In this document: one piece after another, positions 51,644 to 62,469 of the stretch
Layout: each line of letters begins with the position of its first letter
How positions within the stretch are numbered: position 1 is the first letter of the stretch
NCBI RefSeq assembly: GCF_902713615.1
Contig: NC_052161.1
Coordinates: forward strand, 21,532,388-21,596,387
Length of the DNA stretch: 64,000 nt
Origin: Scyliorhinus canicula
Lineage: Eukaryota
Direction: 5' to 3'
Program-made: the position numbers and the translations under genes
Notes under the pieces: model-generated
The model's input: only the letters and a program-made list of their open reading frames with translations
Told to the model about the DNA's origin: nothing
Databases searched by the model: none

Positions 51644-52499
51644 ACCTGAAATGTTAATTCTGTTTCTCTCTCCACTGATGCCAAGTATTTACTTTCTGCT
51701 ATTACCTATTAAAGCATTGAAGACCCAGTGTTCTGTGTTCAGACAAAGAGGAGATCCCCAACATGGAGGAGAACAGGAGGAGCCAGATAGCAATCAAAGC
51801 TGTGACTGTTTTGTGAGGCCATGGCGGTTTGCTAATGTATTTCTTGGATCTATTCTCTACAAGGATGTAGAGTTATGCAGGGATATTATCTAATGTGTAT
51901 TTAACATTTTTCTCCAAGAATCTTGTTGGCTTTCCTTTCTCCCTTCCTTCTGAGAACTGTGTCACATTTACTTGCCCCAGAATGAAAGTATCATGCAAGT
52001 CCTCACCCATGAATGTACAGGGGCTGTTTAGCACAGGGCTAAATCGCTGGCTTTGAAAGCAGACCAAGCAGGCCAGCAGCATGGTTCAATTCCCGTAACA
52101 GCCTTCCCGAACAGGTGCTGGAATGTGGTGACTAGGGGCCTTTCACAGTAACTTCATTTGAAGTCTACTCGTGACAATAAGCCATTTTCATGAATCGAAT
52201 ATTTTCTGGTGGGAGTCACTTATCATTTGCACCTCAGTGGAATAATGACCCTTGCTAATTCAGTATTTCCTGTGGTTAGCACTGCTGCCTCAGGGCGCCG
52301 ACGTCCCAGATTCGATGCCGGCCCTGGGTCACTGTCCGTGTGGAGTTTGCACATTCTCCCCGTGTCTGCGTGTGTCTCACCCCCACAACCCAAAGGTGTG
52401 CAGAGTAGGTGAATTGGCAACGCTAAATTACCCCTTAATTAAAAAATATAAATAAATAAAATGAGCCAATGGAATGCCTGAAACCTCTGGTCTCCTGCA

Positions 52500-54020
52500 A
52501 TTCAGTCCAGTTGAGACACACTTTTAATTCCTGCTGTATCAAGTGTGCCGTTGGACAGATCAAAGCTCCACAACCCTGCCACATCTAGTTGTGAATGATG
52601 GTGGACAGTTGAGTAACTCACCAGAGGAGGAGGCTCCACCAACATCTCCATCCTCATTGAGGGATGAGGCCAGCACATCAATGCAAATTTTAAAGCTGAA
52701 GTATTTGCGACCATCTTCAGCCAGAACGTGTCAATGGACCTCCATTTGAGGGTCCCAGCATCATGGTTGCCAGTATTCAGCCAATTGGTGTCAAGAAATG
52801 GCTGAAGGCACTGGATACAGAAAAGCCTCTGGGCCCTAACGATATTCCGACAGGAGTACTGAAGATTCGTGCTCCAGACTAACCAAGCTGTTTCAGTTCA
52901 GCTACAACGCTGGTATCTACCCAACAATGTGGGAAATTTCCCTGGGATGCCCTGCCCACAAAAAGCAGGGTAATTCCAATCCGGCCATTTATAGACGCCT
53001 CAGTCCACTCTCAATCATCAGTAAATATGGTGTCACCAACAGTGCCATCAAGCGGCACTCACTCAATCTGATGATTGATGGTCTGCTCGGATCCACATTA
53101 CAGCCTTGGTCCAAACTTGGTCAAAAGATCTGAATTTCAGAGGTGATGTTACAGTAACTGCCCTTGACATCAAGGTAGCATTTAACCAAGTTTGACACTG
53201 AGGAACCCTTACAGAATTGAAGTTGATGGGAATTGGGGAAAACTCTCCACTGATTGGTGTCATACCTAGCACAAAATAAGTTGTTTTTATTGCAGCCAGT
53301 CCCATTTCTATAGGGGTTCCTCAGGGTAATGCCCAAGGCCCAACCACCTTCAGCTGCTTCATTAATGAATCCCTCACCCTCTCATCTCAGGTCAGAAGTG
53401 GGAATGTTCACAGATGATTGCACAATTTTCAGCACTATTCACGACTCCTCCGCCACGGAGACAGTCCATGCCCGTAGGCAGTGAACCATAGCTTAGGCTG
53501 ATAAATGACAAGAAACATTGGCACCACATAAGTGCCAGGCAATGACCATCTCCAACAACAGCAAATCTAACAATGTCCCCTTAATGTCCAATGGCATTGC
53601 AGAAACCCCACCATCAATATCTTGGGAATTACCATTGACCAGAAATTCAACGGAACCAGTCATATAAATATTGTGGCTACAAGGACAGGTGAAGATTCTG
53701 GGAATCCTCTGGTGAGTAACTCTCCTCTCGACTTCTCAAAAACACAAGTCAGGAGTGTGATTGAATATGGTCCATTTACAGCTCCAACAATATGCAAGAG
53801 GTCTAACACTGTCCAGGACAAAGTAGTCCACTTGATCAGCACCCATTCACTTAGACATTCACTTTCTCCCCCACCAATGCACAGTGGCAGCAGTGCGTAC
53901 CATTTACAAGATCTACTGCAGCAACTCATCAACATTTGGCAGCAGCTTCCAAAGCACAACCTTTGCCACCCAGAAGGACAAGGGCAGCAGACACAGAGGA
54001 CATCACCACCTGCAAGTTCC
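52500..54020 (+). mobile_element. Degraded CR1-like LINE (second family), RT region
   Basis: GP.DIP, YRRLSPLSIISK, LDIK.AF, GVPQG and MFTDDC remnants. Confidence 0.75.
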
Positions 54021-54725
54021 CAGTGTGGATGAGCAGAGGGATCTCGGTGTCCATGTACATAGATCCCTGAAAGTTGGCATCCAGGTTGATAGGGTTGTGA
54101 AGAAGGCCTATGGTGTGTTGGCCTTTATTGGTAGAGGGATTGAGTTCCGGAGCCATGAGGTCACGTTGCAGCTGTACAAAACTCTGGTACGGCCGCATTT
54201 GGAGTATTGCGTACAGTTCTGGTCGCCTCATTATAGGAAGGACGTTGGCGCTTTGGAACGGGTGCAGAGGAGATTTACCAGGATGTTGCCTGGTATGGAG
54301 GGAAAATCTTATGAGGAAAGGCTGATGGACTTGAGGTTGTTTACGTTAGAGAGAAGAAGGTTAAGAGGTGACTTAATAGAGGCATACAAAATGATCAGAG
54401 GGTTAGATAGGGTGGACAGTGAGAGCCTTCTCCCGAGGATGGAGGTGGCTAGCACGAGGGGACATAGCCTTAAATTGAGGGGTAATAGATATAGGAAAGA
54501 CGTCAGGTAGGTTTTTTACGCAAAGAGTGGTGAGGCCGTGGAATGCCCTACCTGCAACAGTAGTGAACTCGCCAACATTGAGGGCATTTAAAAGTTTATT
54601 GGATAAGCATATGGATGATAATGGCATAGTGTAGGTTAGATGGCCTTTAGTTTCTGACTTCCCATGTCGGTGCAACATCGTGGGCCGAAGGGCCTGTACT
54701 GCGCTGTATCGTTCTATGTTCTATG
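54021..54725 (+). mobile_element. Young CR1 3' fragment
   Basis: Open frame RDLGVHVH..LYKTLVRPHLEYCVQFWSP..RRRLRGDLIE and (GTTCTAT)n tail. Confidence 0.92.
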
Positions 54726-55271
54726 ATGTCACCGCAGTGATGTCAGAGTGTGGGTGGAGCTGAGCTCTGGTTCTGTTTTTTAGTTTCACTTTGAGAAAGA
54801 GCTTGGGTGTGTCTCTGTCTTTTTGGTTTCGGTTTTCAGTGTGTTGCAGCTGAAGTCAGCCAAAGCAGTTATATTGTTGAGCTCTCTGCCATGAAGGACT
54901 ATCTCTTAATCATTTGGTGAATTCAGAATTATAAATGTTTTCAGTATTGAATGTAAACCCTGATGTGCTTCTGTTTAAAGGTTTCTTAAGTCTTCTGGGT
55001 ATTAAAAGGACAGTATATAGATTACTTAGTGTTGTATTCTTTGGGGGGTTTATTTGATTTACTGGTTGCTAAGATGTTCACTGTTTGTTTTAAAAAGGTT
55101 AACTTGAGTTCATAGAATAAACATTGTTTTGTTTTTAAAAATACTGGTCCATTTCTGCTGTGCCACACCTGTAGAGTGGGCTGTGTGCTCCCCATACCAC
55201 AATCTAGTAAACTTTGTGGGTCAGGTGAACTCTATGACACACTTTAGGGTTCTCTAAACCCTGGCCACAAC
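54726..55271 (+). mobile_element. Probable LTR fragment
   Basis: T-rich LTR-like body with AATAAA (about 55116) ending CCCTGGCCACAACA. Confidence 0.45.
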
Positions 55272-56224
55272 ACTTGACAATAGAAAGTATATATTTTTTG
55301 TTGGGGGAAAGTGGAAGACAATCGATTACTTTTACAAGCACATTCAAAGCAGATAGGGGAGGTCTATACAAATATGGAGTGCAGCATTAAGTACCCATGC
55401 TTTACCAGAAGGAAGAAAAATCCTTATTTTATGTTTTTATGCAGGATCGCAAGTCAGCTAGCCTCCCGCTTCATTTGTATCAAGATGTTCAATTAAGATA
55501 AAACAATAATTGAAGTAAAAAGAAATGACGGTCCATTGTAAACACCTTCCATCAGTGGTGAAGCCTTACAGAGTGCCCAATAAATAGTTGATGCAGAGAT
55601 TGTTTTTCTTTCAGAGAGAGTGTGGTAGGAATTATCTCTGGCGCTACACGTAATGACACCACCACCAAGTCTATCACAATTTCTTCTGTTCAATATTTCC
55701 AGAAACCAGGGCATATATAATTATTGAATCATTCCACTGATAAACAATCAAACAAGGCTTTAAGTTGTGGCAAACACGTCTTCTGAAAGGAGTAACAGCA
55801 GCATTTGAGCTGCCTTACAAAACTCATTGATTTTAGTAGCATTAATGTGTAATGTTCATAAAGTAGACAGGCACAATGTCCAATCAAACAGTTTTTAAAA
55901 ATGTTTCACTCCTCACAACAGCTGAATGATAAGGATGGTTGGTACCAAGGCTTTTATCTGTAATTGATGGCAGGATGTGTCCAAATACTGTATGATTAAG
56001 CCTTCTATATTTCTCTAATGAAAAATCTATTGCTAGCTTTTGTTATTCAAAGGCTTTGATCAGGGAAATGTGTTTCATGCACTTGAATATGAATGGGTTA
56101 TTTTTAGATTCCTTTCTCATTCAAATATTAGGCAATGTAAAAACTAAGATATGGGCGACTTTCACATTATTCCATCTTGCCATGTTTTCTGTCTCTAAAA
56201 ACAATTATAATTTCTCTTATGCAG

Positions 56225-56508
56225 TGATGGAACCATCAATTCACGAGACACGTGCTTTAAGATATGAACAGTGGTTTTAATCTACTTACACCAGAGCCAG
56301 CCTGTTACCCGTTGAACTCTCGATGAACTGCAGGCTGGCTCTGGACACGGTTATTTATACAGCAGTCTAGGGGGAGGAGTCGTGGGCGGAGCCCTGTACA
56401 AACTCCTGAGCATTCCCAGAGCTACTCCCCCTAGTGGTCGGATAACGCTACTTCGCTTACAATGGTATTGGTAAATACAGTGTGAATTACTAAGTTACAT
56501 TCACCACA
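56225..56508 (-). repeat. 3' LTR (284 bp)
   Basis: Direct repeat of 61737-62032. About 7 substitutions and one 12-bp indel by manual comparison. Confidence 0.95.
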
Positions 56509-56549
56509 TTCACCCCCTGCAAAATATCAAGTCTGGCGGGGGTGGTGGT

Positions 56550-58346
56550 CTACAAAGTAAGTCTGTCCAGTGGTCGAACTGTCTGCCGTGATCTGCGGAG
56601 CACTGGGGTTGCAGCCTCTTGCGGTGGCTGGATGGGTGTAGTGTGCTGGGGTACAATGGCGGACTCCAGGGAAGGTTCTGTCCGAGCTTCATACTCTTCT
56701 GGTTCGACCGGGGACTGGGGGCGCTGGGAGCTGGCCGGCGCGGGTGCACAGAACTGGTGGAGCGAGCTCGTGGGCTCGGGAGTGCGAGGGGGCGGCAGCA
56801 TGGGGTGTAGGGTGAGGGGTCCTTCTGTGGGGGTAGAGGGGGCGCTGGATCCGGCGGGTGCCAGATCCCGGAGGGATACTGTGTCCTGGCGGCCGTCAGG
56901 TAACACAACAAAGGCGTACTGGGGGTTGGAGTGGAGCAGGCGCACCTTCTCAACAAGGGGGTCGGTTTTGTGTGCCCTGACGTGTTTCCTCAGGAGTACC
57001 GGGCCCAGTGTCCTCAGCCATGCCGGAAGTGAGACCCCCATGGTAGTGCCCCTGGAAAAAATGAAGAGCCTCTCGTGAGGGGTCTGATTGGTCGCTGTGC
57101 ATAAGAGGGACCTAATAGCGTGGAGCGCATCTGGGAGGACTTCCTGCCACTGGGAGACTTGGAGCTTTCTAGACCGGAGGGTCAGTAGGACTGTCTTCCA
57201 GACCGTCGCATTCTCCCTCTCCACCTGCCCGTTCCCCCTGGGGTTGTAGCTGGTAGTCCTGCTCGAGGCAATGCCCTTGTCGAGCAGGTACTGACGCAGC
57301 TCGTCGCTCATGAAGGACGAACCCTGGTCGCTGTGTACGTAGCTGCGGAAACCAAACAGGGTGAAGATACTATGCAGGGCCCTAATGACTGTGTGGGAGG
57401 TCATGTCGGGGCACGGGATAGCAAATGGGAAACGGGAGAACTCATCTACGACGTTTAGAAAGTAAACGTTCTTGTTAGTTGAGGGGAGTGACCCTTTGAA
57501 ATCAATCGCGAGGCGTTCAAAGGGCCTAGAAGCCTTGACCCGGTGGGCCCTGTCTGGTCTATAGAAGTGCGGTTTGCACTCCGCACAGATCGGGCAGTCC
57601 CTGGTGACCGCTTTTACCTCCTCGTTGGAGAAAGGCAGGTTTCGGGCTCTGATGTGGGCGAGCCGGGTGACCCCTGGGTGGCAGAGGTCGTTGTGGATGA
57701 CTTTCAGTCGGTCAATCTGCGCGCTGGTGCATGTCCCGCGGGATAGGGCATCTGGAGGCTCGTTGAGCTTCCCGGGTCGATACTTAATATCGTAATTATA
57801 GGTGGAAAGTTCGATCCTCCACCGAAGAATTTTATCATTTTTTATTTTGCCCCTTTGCGAGTTATCAAACATAAAGGCAACCGATCTGTGGTCGGTGATG
57901 AGGGTGAACCTCCTACCTGCGAGGTAGTGCCTCCAGTAACGAATAGCCTCCACAATGGCTTCTGCTTCTTTCTCGACTGAGGAGTGTCGGAGTTCTGAAG
58001 CGGAGAGGGTACGGGAGAAAAATGCGACGGGCCTCCCTGCCTGATTTAAAGTGGCTGCTAGAGCTACCTCTGAGGCGTCGCTCTCTACCTGAAATGGAGT
58101 GGATTCATCCACCGCCCGCATGGCCGCTTTGGCGATGTCCTCCTTGATGCAGTTGAAGGCCTGGCGTGCCTCAGCTGAGAGGTGAAATCGTGTGGCCTTA
58201 AAGAGTGGGCGGGCTTTGTCCGCATATTGAGTGACCCACTGGGCGTAGTAGGAGAAGAAGCCCAAGCACTGTTTGAGGGCCTTGCGGCATTGGGGGAGGG
58301 GGAGTTCTAAGAGGTCCGGGTCTGGGCCCAGGACTCCGTTTTCCAC
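56550..58346 (-). CDS. Gypsy pol C-terminal part: RNase H and integrase (open frame, disconnected from RT by frameshifts)
   Basis: ESDASEVA, SSVEKE, TDH, HHCC (HNDLCHPG..CPIC), IDFKG, HSDQG, GNGQVER. Confidence 0.9.
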   Translation of the reverse strand: MENGVLGPDPDLLELPLPQCRKALKQCLGFFSYYAQWVTQYADKARPLFKATRFHLSAEARQAFNCIKEDIAKAAMRAVDESTPFQVESDASEVALAATLNQAGRPVAFFSRTLSASELRHSSVEKEAEAIVEAIRYWRHYLAGRRFTLITDHRSVAFMFDNSQRGKIKNDKILRWRIELSTYNYDIKYRPGKLNEPPDALSRGTCTSAQIDRLKVIHNDLCHPGVTRLAHIRARNLPFSNEEVKAVTRDCPICAECKPHFYRPDRAHRVKASRPFERLAIDFKGSLPSTNKNVYFLNVVDEFSRFPFAIPCPDMTSHTVIRALHSIFTLFGFRSYVHSDQGSSFMSDELRQYLLDKGIASSRTTSYNPRGNGQVERENATVWKTVLLTLRSRKLQVSQWQEVLPDALHAIRSLLCTATNQTPHERLFIFSRGTTMGVSLPAWLRTLGPVLLRKHVRAHKTDPLVEKVRLLHSNPQYAFVVLPDGRQDTVSLRDLAPAGSSAPSTPTEGPLTLHPMLPPPRTPEPTSSLHQFCAPAPASSQRPQSPVEPEEYEARTEPSLESAIVPQHTTPIQPPQEAATPVLRRSRQTVRPLDRLTL

Positions 58347-58399
58347 GATGTAGCCGAGGATGGCCAGTCTTTTTTTTGCGGAAAACTCATTTTCCTTTG

Positions 58400-59400
58400 T
58401 TGTAGGTGATGTTTAATTTCTATGCCGTCTGGAAAAAACGGTGGAGGTTGGCGTCGTGGTCCTGCTGGTCATAGCCGCAGATGGTGACATTGTCCAAGTA
58501 TGGAAACGTGGCCCGCAGCCCGTACTGGTCCACCATTCGGTCCATTGCTCGTTGGAACACCGAGACCCCATTAGTGATGGCAAAGGGGACCCGGAGGAAA
58601 TGGAAGAGGCGGCCATCGGCCTCGAATGCCGTGTAGTGGCGGTCCTCTGGGCGGATTGGGAGCTGGTGGTATGCAGACTTCAGATCCACCGTGGAAAAGA
58701 GCCGATACTGGGCGATCTGATTTACCATGTCTGCAATCCTGGGGAGGGGATACGCGTCAAGGAGCGTAAATCTATTTATGGTCTGACTATAGTCGACAAC
58801 CATGCGGAATTTTTCCCCGGTCTTAACAACCACCACCTGAGCTCTCCAGGGACTATTGCTGACCTCTATAATCCCCTCACTGAGAAGCCTTCGGACCTCT
58901 GATTTGATAAATACCCTATCCCGCAGGCTGTACCGCCTGCAACGAGTGGCTGTGGGTTTACAGTCCTTTGTGAGATTGGCGAAGAGAGGAGGGGGGGGGG
59001 GGGGGGATTCGCAGCGTAGCGAGGCTGCAGATAGTGAGTGGGAGCAGGGACCCGCCGAAGCTGAGGGTGAGGCTCTTAAGGTTGCACTGAAAATCTAGGC
59101 CTAATAAGAGTGGTGCGCAGAGGTCGGGCAAAACGTAGAGTTGAAATTTTCAGTAGCTAGCGCCTCGGATTGTGAGTGTCACGTCGGTGCGCCCCTGGAT
59201 CTGGACAGAATGGGAGCCTGAAGCGAGCGAGATAGTTTGCCGCACGGGGAAAACGGGGAGCGAACAGCGTCTCACCAGGTCTCGGTGTATGAAGCTCTCA
59301 GAGCTCTCGGAGTTGAAAAGGCATGGCGTGTTGTACCCGTTGATTTGGACCTCTGCCATCGAATTTCCACTTGGTCCAGGGTGACTGCGCCGAGTTGCAG
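58400..59400 (-). pseudogene. Gypsy protease and RT, disrupted
   Basis: LFNSESSESFI (mutated DSG active site), RMVVDY, DLKSAYHQ, YLDNV. Confidence 0.9.
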
Positions 59401-59634
59401 GCCGCGTGACGAGCTCCCAGGGAGGTCGTACTCTTCCGATGAGTTGTCCGAGCGTGGAGATGCAGGTCGGGCCTGTGGATGGCGGCCCCCATGAGTCACA
59501 CGTGGCCGGCCGCGTGGTGGCGGTTTGCCAAGATGGCGGCCCCCATGGATCGCACGTGGCGGAAGGGGGCGGGGTCGGGGCATAGGCCCAGCGTTTCGGG
59601 CCCCGCAGGCCTGCGGGTGAGGGGAGCGATTACT

Positions 59635-61703
59635 TCATGCCACTGGGGAGTTGGAAGCTGGGGCCCTTTTAGCGAGGCACACTCTCGCATAGTGGCCTTT
59701 CCGCCCGCAGCTGCTGCAGGTCGCGTTGCGGGCCGGGCAGTGCTGCAGCGGGTGCTGATTCTGGCCGCAGAAATGGCAGGCTGGAGCAGCATCGTGGCTG
59801 GCTGGAGCAGCAGAGTGGCAGGCTGGAGCAGCATGGTGGCTGGCTGGAGCAGCATAGTGGCTGGCTGGAGCAGCATGGTGGCTGGCTGGAGCAGCATAGT
59901 GGCTGGCTGGGGCAGCATGGTGCTGGCTGGAGCAGCATAGTGGCTGGCTGGGGCAGCATGGTGGCTGGCTGGAGCAGCAGAGTGGCTGGCTGGGGCAGCA
60001 TGGTGCTGGCTGGAGCAGCAAAGTGGCTGGCTGGGGCAGCATAGTGGCTGGCTGGGGCAGCAGAGTGGCTGGCTGGAGCAGCATAGTGGCTGGCTGGGGC
60101 AGCATGGTGGCTGGCTGGAGCAGCAGAGTGGCTGGCTGGGGCAGCAGAGTGGCTGGCTGGAGCAGCATAGTGGCTGGCTGGAGCAGCATAGTGGCAGGGG
60201 CAGCATGGTGGCTGGCTGGAGCAGCAGAGTGGCTGGCTGGAGCAGCATAGTGGCTGGCTGGAGCAGCAGAGTGGCTGGCTGGGGCAGCATGGTGGCTGGC
60301 TGGAGCAGCATAGTGGCTGGCTGGAGCAGCAGAGTGGCTGGCTGGGGCAGCATAGTGGCTGGCTGGAGCAGCATAGTGGCTGGCTGGGGCAGCATGGTGG
60401 CTGGGGCAGCATGGTGGCAGGCTGGAGCAGCAGAGTGGCTGGCTGGGGCAGCATGGTGGCTGGCTGGAGCAGCAGAGTGGCTGGCTGGAGCAGCATAGTG
60501 GCTGGCTGGAGCAGCATAGTGGCTGGCTGGAGCAGCATGGTGGCTGGCTGGAGCAGCATAGTGGCTGGCTGGAGCAGCATGGTGGCTGGCTGGAGCAGCA
60601 TGGTGGCTGGCTGGGGCAGCATGGTGGCTGGCTGGAGCAGCATAGTGGCTGGCTGGAGCAGCATGGTGGCTGGCTGGGGCAGCATGGTGGCTGGCTGGAG
60701 CAGCAGAGTGGCTGGCTGGGGCAGCATGGTGGCTGGCTGGAGCAGCATGGTGGCTGGCTGGGGCAGCATGGTGGCTGGCTGGAGCAGCATAGTGGCTGGC
60801 TGGAGCAGCATGGTGGCTGGCTGGAGCAGCATAGTGGCTGGCTGGAGCAGCATGGTGGCTGGCTGGAGCAGCATGGTGGCTGGCTGGGGCAGCATGGTGG
60901 CTGGCTGGAGCAGCATAGTGGCTGGCTGGGGCAGCATGGTGGCTGGCTGGAGCAGCATAGTGGCTGGCTGGGGCAGCATAGTGGCTGGCTGGAGCAGCAT
61001 AGTGGCTGGAGCAGCAGAGTGGCTGGCTGGAGCAGCATAGTGGCTGGCTGGGGCAGCATAGTGGCTGGCTGGGGCAGCATAGTGGCTGGCTGGAGCAGCA
61101 TAGTGGCTGGAGCAGCATAGTGGCTGGCTGGGGCAGCATAGTGGCTGGCTGGAGCAGCAGAGTGGCTGGCTGGAGCAGCAGAGTGGCCGGGCGGCCGCGT
61201 GGCACAGGCCTGGGGGAGTCGCTGGTTGGGGGCCCATGATTGGGTCGCGGTGTCCGTGCGGAACGAGGTGAGGCTGCGGAAGGAGGCCTCCATCGTGGTA
61301 GCAATTTCCGCAGTTGTTTCTAAGTCTTGGGCCCCCTTTTCCAGCAGTCGTTGGCCCGCTACAAAAACACCGCGTACAGCAAGTCCTCTATGTTCAGCCG
61401 CGGTAACCGCTTGATAGTTACAGTCATTCGATAGATTATTGAGCTCTCTTAAAAATTCGGCGAGTGATTCTGTAGGCCGCTGGCGGCGAGTCGTGAACAC
61501 ATGGCGTGAGTAAACTTTGTTAATGGGCCTTACATACATCTTATTGAGTATCGCTAGCGCTCCAGTATATGAACCGTTGTTTTGACTGTGCTCGCTTCTG
61601 CCAGGTAGGCCTTAAAGCACCGCAGCCAGTGGGAGAAGATTTCTTTTGCCTCTGCATCCTGTGGGTCGAGTTCCAGGCGTCCAGGCTTGAGGGCTGATTC
61701 CAT
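59635..61703 (-). pseudogene. Gypsy gag with minisatellite expansion
   Basis: ATG at 61703 (MESALKPGRLELDP..HWLRCF), frameshift near 61570, then ORF 59635..61539 ending in CHFCGQNQHPLQHCPARNATCSSCGRKGHYARVC and a stop. Confidence 0.88.
59775..61187. repeat. 21-bp minisatellite (about 67 units; plus-strand GGCTGGCTGG(A/G)GCAGCA(T/G)(A/G)GT)
   Basis: Direct reading of the tandem array. A few shortened units. Confidence 0.97.
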
Positions 61704-61736
61704 GATCGATCCTGACTGTTCTTAAGTAGATTAAAT

Positions 61737-62032
61737 TGATGGAACCATTAATTCACGAGACACGTGCTTTAAGATATGAACAGTGGTTTTAATCTACTTA
61801 CTACAGAGCCAGCCTGTTACCCGTTGAACTCTCGATGAACTGCAGGCTGGCTGTGGACACGGTTATTTATACAGCAGTCTAGGGGTAGGAGTCGTGGGCG
61901 GAGCCAAGGGTGGAGCCCTGTACAAACTCCTGAGCATTCCCAGAGCTACTCCCCTTAGTGGTCGGATAACGCTACTGCGCTTACAATGGTATTGGTAAAT
62001 ACAGTGTGAATTACTAAGTTACATTCACCACA
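61737..62032 (-). repeat. 5' LTR (296 bp) with TATAAATA (61864-61871) and ATTAAA
   Basis: Direct repeat of the 3' LTR. Confidence 0.95.
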
Positions 62033-62218
62033 TGCAGTAATAAGCAGCTCCGAAAATGTTTGTTTTCCTCACCGACAGATTATATTAAAATCTGATATGT
62101 TCCCTGATGAGGTCAGTTCATGCTGTACTGTGACTTTTTATTGGCATTTGATGTCTTCAAGCTCAGCACGATTCTTAATTTGTTTGGCACGATACACAAT
62201 ACAAAACAATCACCACGG

Positions 62219-62443
62219 GGGTGGCATGGTGGCACAGTGGTTAGCACTGTTGCCTCATGGCGCCGAGGACCTTGGTTCGATCTCAGCCCCGGGTCAGTGT
62301 CCATGTGGAGTTTGCCCTGTGTCGGCGTGGGTCTCACCCCCCACAAACCAATAAGATGTGCCAGGTAGGTGAATTGGCCACGCTAAATTGCCCCTTTATT
62401 GGAAAATCAATGAATTGGCTACTTTAAATTTATTTAAAAAAAC
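62219..62443 (+). mobile_element. V-SINE short variant (similar copies at 50145-50340 and 52270-52460)
   Basis: tRNA head and A-rich tail. Confidence 0.8.
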
Positions 62444-62469
62444 AATCACCACAATAACTTACATGGTGA

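Larger units (their letters stand above)
56225..62032 (-). mobile_element. Full-length but defective Ty3/Gypsy LTR retrotransposon (twin Zn-knuckle gag, Mag-like)
   Basis: Two LTRs with TG..CA ends, 5-bp TSD TGCAG (56220-56224 and 62033-62037), PPT AGGGGGTGAA next to the 3' LTR, order gag-PR-RT-RH-IN. Confidence 0.97.

Noticed and set aside
36000-56200. Exons of the expected upstream neighbour gene (KCNK18 in mammals)
   Set aside because: No K2P channel motifs were recognised. The region is almost entirely repeat-derived.
59775-61187. CRISPR-like array
   Set aside because: Units are contiguous with no unique spacers, the context is eukaryotic and there are no cas genes.
59496-61304. Long Cys-rich ORFs resembling keratin-associated proteins or metallothioneins
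   Set aside because: They are alternative readings of the 21-bp minisatellite inside Gypsy gag, with no independent gene structure.
61716-61735. Possible U2 snRNA complementarity of the Gypsy PBS (CTGTTCTTA)
   Set aside because: Only about 9 nt, not adjacent to the LTR end, and better explained by the perfect 13-nt match to the LTR.
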